From Candidatus Parcubacteria bacterium (GTDB taxonomy: Bacteria; Patescibacteriota; Patescibacteriia; Patescibacteriales; UBA12075): DNA of 47,369 nt. A program made the position numbers and the translations under genes. Shown piece after piece: positions 14,197 through 23,335 of this stretch. Position 1 is the first letter of the stretch. The number at the start of each line of letters is the position of its first letter. Under the pieces are notes generated by a model. That model saw only the letters and a program-made list of their open reading frames with translations. It ran no database searches and was not told the DNA's origin. The stretch covers positions 1 through 47,369 of the forward strand of contig JAGLPO010000006.1 in assembly GCA_023137275.1 (NCBI GenBank), read 5' to 3'.

Positions 14197-16542
14197 TCAC
14201 TGCCAGATCGACTGTTGCAAACTTTTCAAATCAAAACTTAATATTTCATAAGCCTCGTCCGTGATCCAATTCTTATTATTATAAAATTTAATTTGTTTTT
14301 CTATCAGCCAAATATGCAGATTAATATATTTTTTTATCGCGGTTTTTAATTTTTCATTCGTGGAATTTTCCCATTGATCATATTTCTTTTCCAAATGGTC
14401 AATATTTTTGATCAGCCAATTTTTAATTAACAGTTTCTTAATATCACCGGAAACGAATAAACATTCAATATCATCCCTGACAGCGGAAAAATTTAATTCT
14501 CTTGTTCTTGTTAAATCAATTATTTCATTGCTATCATTAATCGTAAATTGATACTCGTGTACGTCGCCCAAACAGGTAACCCCGCTAATTAAATCATCGT
14601 TTGGCCCGCTAAAAGTGTCATCAGTTAATATATCAATCCCTAATTGATAAACGCCATCAGCTGTACCCTGGAGTATAACCCGGTACGGCCCGGGGGCTGG
14701 GTTTATAATTGTGCTAAACTCGTGCAAGCCATCAGGGCCGGTATAAAACGCGCCTTCTACTTCATTCACTTCTGCGCCAACTTCTGCGCCAGAAACAAAA
14801 TCTTTACCTACTCTCTTTTCCTCAGGCGTAATAACGACAAAATCAACCGGACACATAGCGCGGACAAGTAAGACGTCTTTAATGTCTTTCCAGGAAGCTT
14901 CATAATAATCGTCAGTGTTGCTGCCGGTTAATATTTTAATCACTTCTTTCTGCGATTTGGTAACAATATCCCTGTGTTTGGAATCACTGATTGTAGTAGT
15001 GCTTGCGCCGGGCAAGGCGATCAAACTGTTTGTCAACACGGTTGTGTCACCCTCACCCATTATTAAACAATCATCATCACCTAAAAAAATACAATCCGGA
15101 TAGCCGTATTTCCATTTATTGTCATAAATATAAGTGTCTGGCACGACGTGTAAATATCTAAGCGTGCTGTCTGTTATTGGGTCGCTGTAAATATTAGTAG
15201 CTTCGGCTCTGGTAGCGACCACTTCGATATTTTCATTCAAATCATCTATAAAGCTGTTTACCGGATAATTAGCCGGATAAACCCGCGTCTGCCAATCATT
15301 GCCATCTTTATCCATTAAATAATCATAGGTTGGTAATAACTCAGACACACTGGTAATATCGTCCCTAATATAATTAATTAAATTTTTCTCTTTCTTTTTA
15401 GCTTCTTTGTTTAAAATATATTTTAAAATATTGCCTTTTATGCCGGAAAAATACCCGCCTTCATTAATCAGGTATGAATCTGTTGATCCAATGTGCGGGG
15501 TATTGAGAAATATCAGCTGATCAACATCATTATCATATTCAGCTCCCTGCACATAACTCCGCGCCACAAGCCCGCCCATGCTGTGCGCCACAATGTCCAC
15601 CTGTTCCTGGCTGGTGGTGGCCTTAATATAATTTATATAATTTTTTAAATCAATGGCAGTCTCATTGTTGCTTTGACGCCAGTCATAAGGAAATAAAAAT
15701 AAATTCTCATTCAAGGCATAGCCGTTATTCGTAAGCGCCTCAGTTAAATATTTATAAGTATGCAGAATCGGATCCAACATCATCACCCCATCCTTTTCCC
15801 AACTCCCCCCAATCCCCGGGATAAGGATGAGTGGATCGGTTGTTTCTGGTTCGTCTGGGATAGTATAGGTTACTTCAAGATACGGCGCTTTATTAATGTC
15901 GTCTTCATAATAATTAATATCAAAACGAAATCCCATCCAGACACCCCCAGGAGTTTCTGGTCTTATATCATCTACATCATACCCTGTACGCATTCCAAAC
16001 GAACTCCAACCAGAGGTTGAAATGCCGCTAATCCCGGTCGTATTTAAGGCTATGGCATTGTACTCGCCAACACTATAATCGCCCCATTTGAAGCGACCTG
16101 ACCACTCTTCTGGATTATTAACAGTACCAAAATCATTAAAATCTTCACTCTCCAAGGTCTCTCCAACACCCTGCACAATAACAGCGGAGCTGAGAATGTC
16201 ATCGCTATAATCATCCTTTACTCCGATAATAAACAAATTAATGGACGCGTCTTGGATTATGGCATTATCCGGGATTGACGAAGTATCAAACGCCACGCCA
16301 CCTCTATAAATTATACAATAATCAGTTGTAAAACATTCGGCACGTACAAAATGCCCGACATTGGAATGAACAATTCCTGATACGGCGTCATGTCTTATAT
16401 TCCAGCTACCGCTCGTAGAATTTATTGTCCCATCAGAAGAAGACGTTGTATAAAATTTGTCAGTAACTACTGCGGCATTTACACTGCTAATAAAAAAAAG
16501 ACAAATAAATAAATTAATTACAACCAATAATAAATTTTTCAT
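14197..16542 (-). CDS. Secreted multidomain alpha/beta hydrolase, LCAT/lipase-like
   Basis: Signal peptide MKNLLLVVINLFICLFFISSVNA. Hydrolase core LILIPGIGGSW...FPYDWRQS...VDIVAHSMGGLVARSY (GxSxG nucleophile elbow and an LCAT-family-like YDWR). The ~230-aa N-terminal domain and the C-terminal beta-sandwich-like and helical parts are unassigned. Confidence 0.65.
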   Translation of the reverse strand: MKNLLLVVINLFICLFFISSVNAAVVTDKFYTTSSSDGTINSTSGSWNIRHDAVSGIVHSNVGHFVRAECFTTDYCIIYRGGVAFDTSSIPDNAIIQDASINLFIIGVKDDYSDDILSSAVIVQGVGETLESEDFNDFGTVNNPEEWSGRFKWGDYSVGEYNAIALNTTGISGISTSGWSSFGMRTGYDVDDIRPETPGGVWMGFRFDINYYEDDINKAPYLEVTYTIPDEPETTDPLILIPGIGGSWEKDGVMMLDPILHTYKYLTEALTNNGYALNENLFLFPYDWRQSNNETAIDLKNYINYIKATTSQEQVDIVAHSMGGLVARSYVQGAEYDNDVDQLIFLNTPHIGSTDSYLINEGGYFSGIKGNILKYILNKEAKKKEKNLINYIRDDITSVSELLPTYDYLMDKDGNDWQTRVYPANYPVNSFIDDLNENIEVVATRAEATNIYSDPITDSTLRYLHVVPDTYIYDNKWKYGYPDCIFLGDDDCLIMGEGDTTVLTNSLIALPGASTTTISDSKHRDIVTKSQKEVIKILTGSNTDDYYEASWKDIKDVLLVRAMCPVDFVVITPEEKRVGKDFVSGAEVGAEVNEVEGAFYTGPDGLHEFSTIINPAPGPYRVILQGTADGVYQLGIDILTDDTFSGPNDDLISGVTCLGDVHEYQFTINDSNEIIDLTRTRELNFSAVRDDIECLFVSGDIKKLLIKNWLIKNIDHLEKKYDQWENSTNEKLKTAIKKYINLHIWLIEKQIKFYNNKNWITDEAYEILSFDLKSLQQSIWQ

Positions 16543-16645
16543 AAAGTTTTCAACAATTAATTATTTCTATTTTATTGTAGCAAAAAGCAGGTGATGAGAA
16601 GCTAAAGAAAAGATAAAATTTTGATAAAAAAATAATAAAAGAATA

Positions 16646-16671
16646 ATAAAAAATTCGAGCTAAGCTCGAAT
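16646..16671 (-). terminator. Intrinsic terminator after sat/cysC
   Basis: Minus strand reads attcgagc-tta-gctcgaat followed by ttttttt, ~30 nt after the stop at 16702. Confidence 0.65.
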
Positions 16672-16701
16672 CTTTATTTAATCTTAGATATTTATTAATA
16701 A

Positions 16702-18300
16702 CTATATATAATTATTTTCTTCTAAATATTCTAAAACAATTTTACCGCACTGTTGCACGCTCATCTGGTCAGTCTTAATGTGAATATCCGGCTTTTTCGG
16801 ATTATCATAAGGGTCGTCAATGCCGGTAAATTGGGGAATTTCGCCGGCCCGGGCTTTTTTGTACAAGCCTTTAGGGTCGCGCTGTTCGCAAACAGACAGC
16901 GGAGCATCAACAAAAACTTCTATATAGTTATACACAGTCTCGCGCAATTCATCGCGCTGTTCTTTGTAAGGCGTAATAAAGGAAGCCATCACGCCCACGT
17001 TGTTTCGCGACAGCATATCAGCCACAAAGCCGATGCGGCGAATATTCTCGTTCCGGCCTTCCCGGTCAAAGCCCAAACCCTTGGTCAAACGCTCGCGAAC
17101 CACATCCCCGTCTAAACGCTCCAGTCTGGCGTTATTATTTTTTAGATCCGCGTAAACCTGGTCAGCCACCGTGGTTTTGCCGGAAGCGGACAAACCGGTA
17201 AACCAAAGCACAAAGCCTTTTCTATTATTATTTTGTTTATACATATTATCTACTAGCGGGTCACTGGCATTAATTAAAAAATTATACACATCCGGGCGTA
17301 TAAGATATTCAGGCGGCTCTTCTTTCATTTTAATATAACCGCGCAATTTGGTACCGCTAAATCTAATTGTATCATTTTCATCATATTCGTCAATAAATCC
17401 ATGGCTTTTGTTTTTCTTATTATAAACCACTTCATTAAAAGACAAAATTTTTATCCCTAATTCAGTTTCACTAAAATCATTAAATATTTTTTGCGCCGCC
17501 TCTGGGGCATAGAAATTACCAACCCCGGCATGGTCCCTACCAACAATAAAATGCGTGCAGCCAAAATTCCTGCGAATCAAAGCGTGCATAAGCGCCTCGC
17601 GCGGGCCTCCGTAGCGCATCTTGATCGGCAAAGCGGCCAAGACTGCCTTATCTTTAAAATTATTATCCAGTAGCAGCTTGTAACTGGCAATAATATACTC
17701 GTCCTTAAAGTCAGCGATCTTTTTATCCCCTACTACCGGATGAACCAAAAGGCCATCTATGTTTTCCAAGGCTTTGTTAAGTAAAAATTCATGCCCCCGG
17801 TGCGGCACATTCCTTGTCTGGAAAGCAACAATTTTTTCCCAGCCCCTGCCGGAAAACTCTCTTTTAGTTTCAGCCGGATTCAAATGATACTTATCATAAT
17901 GATCATCAGGAACTTCCACTATCTCTATGTCCCCGCCCAATAAATAATCCCCTGATCCCATAATTTCATCAACCATTGGATGGCCGGGATTTAAGGTGCC
18001 GTAAACTTTCCTAAGATGCTCTGCCTTGGGGTGGGGATAAAATTCAATATTAAAAATTCTAACAATCGCGTCATTATTAATTAATAATAATTCTTTCTCG
18101 TTTTTAACATTCTCATAATCCTCTGCGCCAATATCAACCGTTATCGGTATACTCCAAATTCTGCCATTTACAAGACGCATATTGTCTAAAACCGAATTAA
18201 AATCAGCTTGTTTAAGAAAGCCTGTCAAAGGCGCGTAGGTGTTATTACTGATATTAATCGCGTCCTGGATAATATTTGATTTTACATTTATATTTTTCAT
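16702..18300 (-). CDS. Bifunctional sulfate adenylyltransferase / adenylylsulfate kinase (PAPS synthase, Sat-CysC fusion)
   Basis: ATP sulfurylase motifs QTRNVPHRGHE and IVGRDHAGVG in the N-terminal ~350 aa. APS kinase P-loop WFTGLSASGKTT and LDGD in the C-terminal ~170 aa. Confidence 0.9.
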   Translation of the reverse strand: MKNINVKSNIIQDAINISNNTYAPLTGFLKQADFNSVLDNMRLVNGRIWSIPITVDIGAEDYENVKNEKELLLINNDAIVRIFNIEFYPHPKAEHLRKVYGTLNPGHPMVDEIMGSGDYLLGGDIEIVEVPDDHYDKYHLNPAETKREFSGRGWEKIVAFQTRNVPHRGHEFLLNKALENIDGLLVHPVVGDKKIADFKDEYIIASYKLLLDNNFKDKAVLAALPIKMRYGGPREALMHALIRRNFGCTHFIVGRDHAGVGNFYAPEAAQKIFNDFSETELGIKILSFNEVVYNKKNKSHGFIDEYDENDTIRFSGTKLRGYIKMKEEPPEYLIRPDVYNFLINASDPLVDNMYKQNNNRKGFVLWFTGLSASGKTTVADQVYADLKNNNARLERLDGDVVRERLTKGLGFDREGRNENIRRIGFVADMLSRNNVGVMASFITPYKEQRDELRETVYNYIEVFVDAPLSVCEQRDPKGLYKKARAGEIPQFTGIDDPYDNPKKPDIHIKTDQMSVQQCGKIVLEYLEENNYI

Positions 18301-18308
18301 TTAATATA

Positions 18309-18394
18309 ATGCGAATGCTACGAATTAATATGCACCCCACTTCGCTAAAGCTACGAGGGGTAAAAATATAGCGAATTGCGAATTATGCGAATTA
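18309..18394. repeat. GCGAATT heptamer repeats plus a small hairpin in the cysQ-sat spacer
   Basis: atgcgaatgctacgaatta ... cccc-acttcgctaaagctacga-gggg ... gcgaattgcgaattatgcgaatta. The motif is the complement of the ATTCGCAT loop motif of the hairpin family. Confidence 0.7.
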
Positions 18395-19204
18395 TTATAT
18401 GGAAAGTTTATAATTTTCTAAATAATTGATTATTTGATCATGTATAATGCCATTACTGGCAACATAGCCGTGGATATGCGGATCGTCTTGATTATACTTA
18501 TATCTTTTTCCCTTAAGGTCAGTAAGCCTGCCGCCGGCTTCATGGAGAATAATGTCAGCCGCGCAAATATCATATTCCTGCGGATGATTACTTGGGTTTA
18601 AATTTATATCCGCCCGGTCTGACGCAATCAGAACCGCCTTAAGCCCAATGCTTCCGCAAGGGATAATTCTGGTAATATTAAATTCCTTAGCTACTCTTGT
18701 TTCCATCTCTGATTTGTGAAAACGGCTACCAAGGAATCTGGCTTTACTAACATCACTCACCTTGCTTACATTGATCTTTTTCGCTCCCTGATCTTTGATT
18801 TGCCCATACGCGCCCTTTCCCTCAATGGCATAATACAAAATATCTTTAGCTGGCTGATATACTACTCCCAATATTGGCCTGCTCTTTTCCACCAGGGCGA
18901 TCATTATCGTAAAATCCCCGGTTTTATTTATAAAATCCTTAGTGCCATCTAAAGGATCAATGATCCAAACCCGCTCTTTTTTTAGCCGCGCCTTGTCATC
19001 TTCGGTTTCTTCAGACAATACGCCATAATCATGTTTGCTTAAACCCTTAAGAATAATCTTTTCCGAGGCTAGATCCGCTTCTGTCACCGGACTGTCATTA
19101 CCTTTATCTTTTATTTGATAATCTTTGTTATAAAAAGACATAACCTCTTCACCGGCTTGTTTTATCACGTTTAATACTTGGTTTAATATTTCTTTATCTT
19201 TCAT
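18395..19204 (-). CDS. cysQ: 3'(2'),5'-bisphosphate nucleotidase CysQ (inositol monophosphatase superfamily)
   Basis: LSEETEDD and WIIDPLDGTKDF metal-binding motifs, about 270 aa, directly upstream of sat/cysC. I prefer the ATG at 19204; the ORF-track start at 19231 is a TTG. Confidence 0.75.
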   Translation of the reverse strand: MKDKEILNQVLNVIKQAGEEVMSFYNKDYQIKDKGNDSPVTEADLASEKIILKGLSKHDYGVLSEETEDDKARLKKERVWIIDPLDGTKDFINKTGDFTIMIALVEKSRPILGVVYQPAKDILYYAIEGKGAYGQIKDQGAKKINVSKVSDVSKARFLGSRFHKSEMETRVAKEFNITRIIPCGSIGLKAVLIASDRADINLNPSNHPQEYDICAADIILHEAGGRLTDLKGKRYKYNQDDPHIHGYVASNGIIHDQIINYLENYKLSI

Positions 19205-19238
19205 TTCTATAGTATAATTAAATAAACTCAAATTGTTT

Positions 19239-19398
19239 ACTAATCCACCTTACGCACCAAACATTTTTACCTTAGAAAAAGTTATAATAAATGTAATTAA
19301 AACAAAAATGCTAAGATAAAACTTGTTCTTATCCTCGTTTTTGTTTTAATTACATTTATTATAACTTTATTTACGTGATAAACGCGTAACATGAGTTA
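19239..19398. repeat. Complete ~160-bp palindromic repeat with a perfect 31-bp inverted core
   Basis: aaagttataataaatgtaattaaaacaaaaa (19278-19308) is the exact reverse complement of 19338-19368. The outer flanks are also partly complementary (ttac.taa..cac.ttacgc / gcgtaacatgagtta). The left half matches 47320-47369 and the right half matches 1-70. Confidence 0.85.
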
Positions 19399-19412
19399 CT
19401 AAATTAACTATA

Positions 19413-20345
19413 ATGAATTTAGCTAAATTTAGCAACCAAAAATTTGTAAAATTTATTTTACCGCTGGGAATAACAGCGCTATTGCTGTCTTATTTGATTA
19501 ATAAAATAGATATAAAATATTTATTGTCGGTTCAAGCGGAAATTAATTGGCTGCTATTAATAACAGCCTCAATTATTCTTATCTTCTTTACCGCTCTGGT
19601 CTTTGCTCTTCGCTGGCAGCAAAGCCTTAAGATAATTGACTATAATATTACAATTATCAAAGCCTTTGTTTTAGCTTTTGCCAGTTTCCCTGTTTCCAAG
19701 CTTACCCCGCTAAACTCCGGCGATCTGGTACGGGCTTATTTCTTAAAAGATAAAATACCAATCACAAAAAATTCCGGCGCGATTGCTCTGGAGCGAATGA
19801 TTGACTTTTTAGTATTGGCCATATTGGCTATTATCGGAGGCATTATCACTCAAAAAATATACTCAATTGGCATTGGAGCCCTGGTAATAATCGTGATCAT
19901 TAGTATTATTATAATGAGCCAAAAAATTAAATTAAAAAAAGAAAGTAAAATAAAAGATAAAATAAATAACTTCCTCTTTGTTTTTAAAAACACTAAAAAT
20001 AAACGAAAAAATTTAATTGCTTTATTTCTTTTTACTATTTTGCTCTGGTTTGGTATAATTATTTATATAAAAATAGTATTTCTACTATTCGGTTATAAGG
20101 TGCCGATTTTTTTAATTTTAGCCTATCAGCCAATAGTGGTTTTTCTGGCCCTGGTGCCGATCACTCTTTCCGGCATAGGATCGCGGGAAACCGCAATGCT
20201 GTTTATTTATTCCGGCCTGGCGCCGGATACGGCTATTTTGTTTACCGGCTTTGCCTACTCCCTGGTTAGTGTAATTCTGCTTTCAATTCTTGGTTTGCCT
20301 TTTTTATATTTTGCTATAAAAAAAGGCCCGCTGTGTAATAAATAA
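19413..20345 (+). CDS. Flippase-like membrane protein (UPF0104 / lysylphosphatidylglycerol-synthase TM-region family)
   Basis: 310 aa, ~8 TMs, ALRWQQSLKII-type motif. This family is commonly paired with a GT2 gene. Confidence 0.6.
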   Translation: MNLAKFSNQKFVKFILPLGITALLLSYLINKIDIKYLLSVQAEINWLLLITASIILIFFTALVFALRWQQSLKIIDYNITIIKAFVLAFASFPVSKLTPLNSGDLVRAYFLKDKIPITKNSGAIALERMIDFLVLAILAIIGGIITQKIYSIGIGALVIIVIISIIIMSQKIKLKKESKIKDKINNFLFVFKNTKNKRKNLIALFLFTILLWFGIIIYIKIVFLLFGYKVPIFLILAYQPIVVFLALVPITLSGIGSRETAMLFIYSGLAPDTAILFTGFAYSLVSVILLSILGLPFLYFAIKKGPLCNK

Positions 20346-20346
20346 T

Positions 20347-21213
20347 ATGAAACCAATCCAACTTTCAATCATCATTCCGGTCTATAATGAAGAAAAAGCC
20401 GTTACTAAAGTAATTAATGATATTAAAGATACAGTAAGTAAAATCCCTGATATTGAATATGAGATCATTTTAATTAATGACGGATCAACTGATAATAGTT
20501 TGCAAATAATTAAACAAATCCAAGGAATAAACGTGCTGGAACATAGCCGCAACAAAGGCTATGGCGCCAGCCTGAAAACCGGCATCAGGCACAGCCAATA
20601 TGAATGGATCATAATAATTGACGCGGACGGAACCTATCCGGTAACGGCTATCCCGGAGCTTATTAAACACACGGATAATTATGACCAGGTAATCGGTTCT
20701 CGTGAAAAAAAAGGCAATGCTATACCGCTTGAGCGCCGACACGCGAAAAAATTCTTAAATCGCTTTGCCGGCTACATTGCCGGAAGAAAGGTCCCTGATC
20801 TGAATTCCGGTTTAAGGATATTTAAAAAAGATATTGTGCGCGCCTATTGGGGGCTTTTCCCAACTCGCTTTTCTTTTACTTCAACTCTTACCATGGTCTG
20901 CCTAAGCCATGGCCATGATACTAAATTTATCCCGATAGACTACTACGAGCGGACCGGTGAATCCAGCATCAGGGCCTTGGATTTTTTCAATTTTCTTAAG
21001 CTTATCTTTAAACTTTCGCTGTTTTTTAAGCCGATCAAAGTGTTTGCTCCGCTAAGCGGTTTAATTCTAATGATCCCGTTAATTTTAGCTATTGCTTATC
21101 TTTTTGGATTTTCAACTAAATTTTTTGATACAACCATTATTGTTCTCTCGGCCACGGCCTTGCAAACATTATTTTTCGGCCTTTTGGCTGAAATAGTTAT
21201 ACATAATAAATAA
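20347..21213 (+). CDS. Polyprenol-phosphate glycosyltransferase (GT2, GtrB/DPM1-like, with C-terminal TMs)
   Basis: LSIIIPVYNEEKAV...ILINDGSTDNS...IIIDADGTYP, plus two C-terminal TM helices. Confidence 0.8.
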   Translation: MKPIQLSIIIPVYNEEKAVTKVINDIKDTVSKIPDIEYEIILINDGSTDNSLQIIKQIQGINVLEHSRNKGYGASLKTGIRHSQYEWIIIIDADGTYPVTAIPELIKHTDNYDQVIGSREKKGNAIPLERRHAKKFLNRFAGYIAGRKVPDLNSGLRIFKKDIVRAYWGLFPTRFSFTSTLTMVCLSHGHDTKFIPIDYYERTGESSIRALDFFNFLKLIFKLSLFFKPIKVFAPLSGLILMIPLILAIAYLFGFSTKFFDTTIIVLSATALQTLFFGLLAEIVIHNK

Positions 21214-21228
21214 ATAACATTATATTTC

Positions 21229-22641
21229 ATGACTGACGTACTATTAATCAACCCGCCCTCGCCTAATAAATCCATTATTATCCGCGACCTAAACCGTTCC
21301 GGACGCACCAGCAAAGAGCAGATCATTTGGCCGCAAACCAACATGGCTTATCTGGCAGCCATGCTGCCTGATAATCTATCAGTTGAAATAATTGACTGCA
21401 TTGCCGAGCGCATGTCTTGGCCTGAATTTTTAAAACTCCTTAATAATAAAAAACCACGCTACGTTGTGTCGCATGTTATTACCTCAACCGCAACAAACGA
21501 TTTGCGCGTTTTTAAAGAAGCTAAAAAACTGGGAGCGATAACCATTACAATGGGCCCACATGTTACTGAACTGACTGAAAATACCTTAAAAGAAAACCCT
21601 GATCTTGATTTTATTATGACCCGGGAGTGCGACTATACTTTTAAAGAGCTAATAAACGCGCTGGAGAATAAACAAACCGATCTAAGCGATATTAAAGGCT
21701 TGGCGTGGAAACAGGGGGATAGAATTATTAAAAATGAAAACCGGCCATACATTGAGAATCTGGACGAACTGCCCTTGCCCAGGCACGATCTGCTGCCAAT
21801 TGAAAAATACGTTTTCCCGTTCATGGCATCCGAATTTACCTTTGTGGTTTCGGGCCGAGGCTGTCCTTATCCTTGCGCATTTTGCCGCCAGCCGATCATG
21901 TGGGAAAAAAAAGTCCGCCTTCGCTCGGCCCAAAGTATAATGAAAGAATTAAGAATGCTTAAAAAACTGGGAGTAAATAATTTTATTTTCCATTCTGATA
22001 CTTTTACAGTCAACATGAACATAGTCAAAGAGCTCTGTGAAATGATGGTTGATGAAAAGTTAAATCTAACCTGGGCCTGCAACAGCCGGGTGGATACAGT
22101 GGATAAAGAAACCTTAAAGCTGATGAAAAAAGCCGGCTGCTGGATGATCGCTTATGGCTTTGAATCCGGTTCGCAGGCAATACTGGATAAATGCGAAAAA
22201 AAAGCAACAGTTGAACAAGGCAAAAAAATCGCTCAAATAACCCATGATATCGGCATCAAAGTGTATGGATATTTTATTATCGGCCTGCTGGGTGAAACCA
22301 AAGAAACAATTGAAAAAACCATTAATTTCGCCAAGAGCAACCCAATCACTTTTGCCATCTTTCATGTCGCTTCACCCTTTCCCGGAACTAAATTCTATAA
22401 ACAGGTAAAGGAAAATAACTGGCTTACTAATGAGCAATGGGAGGCTACTGACCAGGGCGGCAATTCACCGGTTGATTACCCTGAGCTTAGCGGAGAAGAA
22501 ATAATGCAAGGCATTAAACGCGCTTATCGCTCATTTTATCTCCGCCCCAAAGCCGTAATAAATATTTTTGGAGCAGTTAGGAATTATAATGATATTAAAC
22601 ATTTAATCAGCGCCGGCGTAAGCCAGCTGCTATGGAAATAA
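21229..22641 (+). CDS. B12-binding-domain radical SAM enzyme
   Basis: CxxxCxxC cluster motif GRGCPYPCAFCRQ after an N-terminal Rossmann-like B12-type domain; 470 aa. Confidence 0.8.
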   Translation: MTDVLLINPPSPNKSIIIRDLNRSGRTSKEQIIWPQTNMAYLAAMLPDNLSVEIIDCIAERMSWPEFLKLLNNKKPRYVVSHVITSTATNDLRVFKEAKKLGAITITMGPHVTELTENTLKENPDLDFIMTRECDYTFKELINALENKQTDLSDIKGLAWKQGDRIIKNENRPYIENLDELPLPRHDLLPIEKYVFPFMASEFTFVVSGRGCPYPCAFCRQPIMWEKKVRLRSAQSIMKELRMLKKLGVNNFIFHSDTFTVNMNIVKELCEMMVDEKLNLTWACNSRVDTVDKETLKLMKKAGCWMIAYGFESGSQAILDKCEKKATVEQGKKIAQITHDIGIKVYGYFIIGLLGETKETIEKTINFAKSNPITFAIFHVASPFPGTKFYKQVKENNWLTNEQWEATDQGGNSPVDYPELSGEEIMQGIKRAYRSFYLRPKAVINIFGAVRNYNDIKHLISAGVSQLLWK

Positions 22642-22642
22642 T

Positions 22643-23335
22643 ATGGAAATAAATAAAAATTCAAACATTGAGGAAATGGCCAAATGGAATGATGAAATGG
22701 TCAGTAAATACCACAAGGATGGTATTCTTTTTGAAAGTAAAAATCCGATTTTAAAAAACCTGGAAATCATGCGGCTTAAAAAAATAATAAAATTGTCTGA
22801 TTTAAAAGCAGATAACAAGCTCCTTGACTTGGGCTGCGGCGAGGGGTTCTTCCTTTACTTACTGCCAAAAAATATACAGGCTAAGGGCGTTGATATCTCC
22901 AGGGTTGCCCTTGAGAGAGCCAAAGAATTACTAAAAGACCGCCCCAATACTTCTGTTGGCTTTGGCAATGCCTATAAAACCGACTTTAATGATAAATCAT
23001 TTGACAAGATCGCCTGCTCTGAAGTTCTGGAGCATGTACCCGAGCCAGAAAAAGTAATCAAAGAAATACATCGCTTGCTTAAAGACGATGGAATTGCCGT
23101 TATCAGCGTACCGGATGAAAAACGGATCAAATGTATTATGAGGATAATTAAATTAACCCGGCTGGATAAATTCCTTCATGCGGCCCGCAAGCAAGAGGAC
23201 TATGACTGGCACTTGCATGAAGCTGATAAAAATTTTATCAATAAAATTACCAAAGACTATTTTAGAATTAAAAAAATTACCCGGGCACCGTCCCTGCTTG
23301 GCTACCGCTTTGTGGTTAGTTTAACTAAAAAATAA
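22643..23335 (+). CDS. Class I SAM-dependent methyltransferase
   Basis: LLDLGCGEG motif I and a downstream FDKIACSEVLEHV. Confidence 0.8.
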   Translation: MEINKNSNIEEMAKWNDEMVSKYHKDGILFESKNPILKNLEIMRLKKIIKLSDLKADNKLLDLGCGEGFFLYLLPKNIQAKGVDISRVALERAKELLKDRPNTSVGFGNAYKTDFNDKSFDKIACSEVLEHVPEPEKVIKEIHRLLKDDGIAVISVPDEKRIKCIMRIIKLTRLDKFLHAARKQEDYDWHLHEADKNFINKITKDYFRIKKITRAPSLLGYRFVVSLTKK

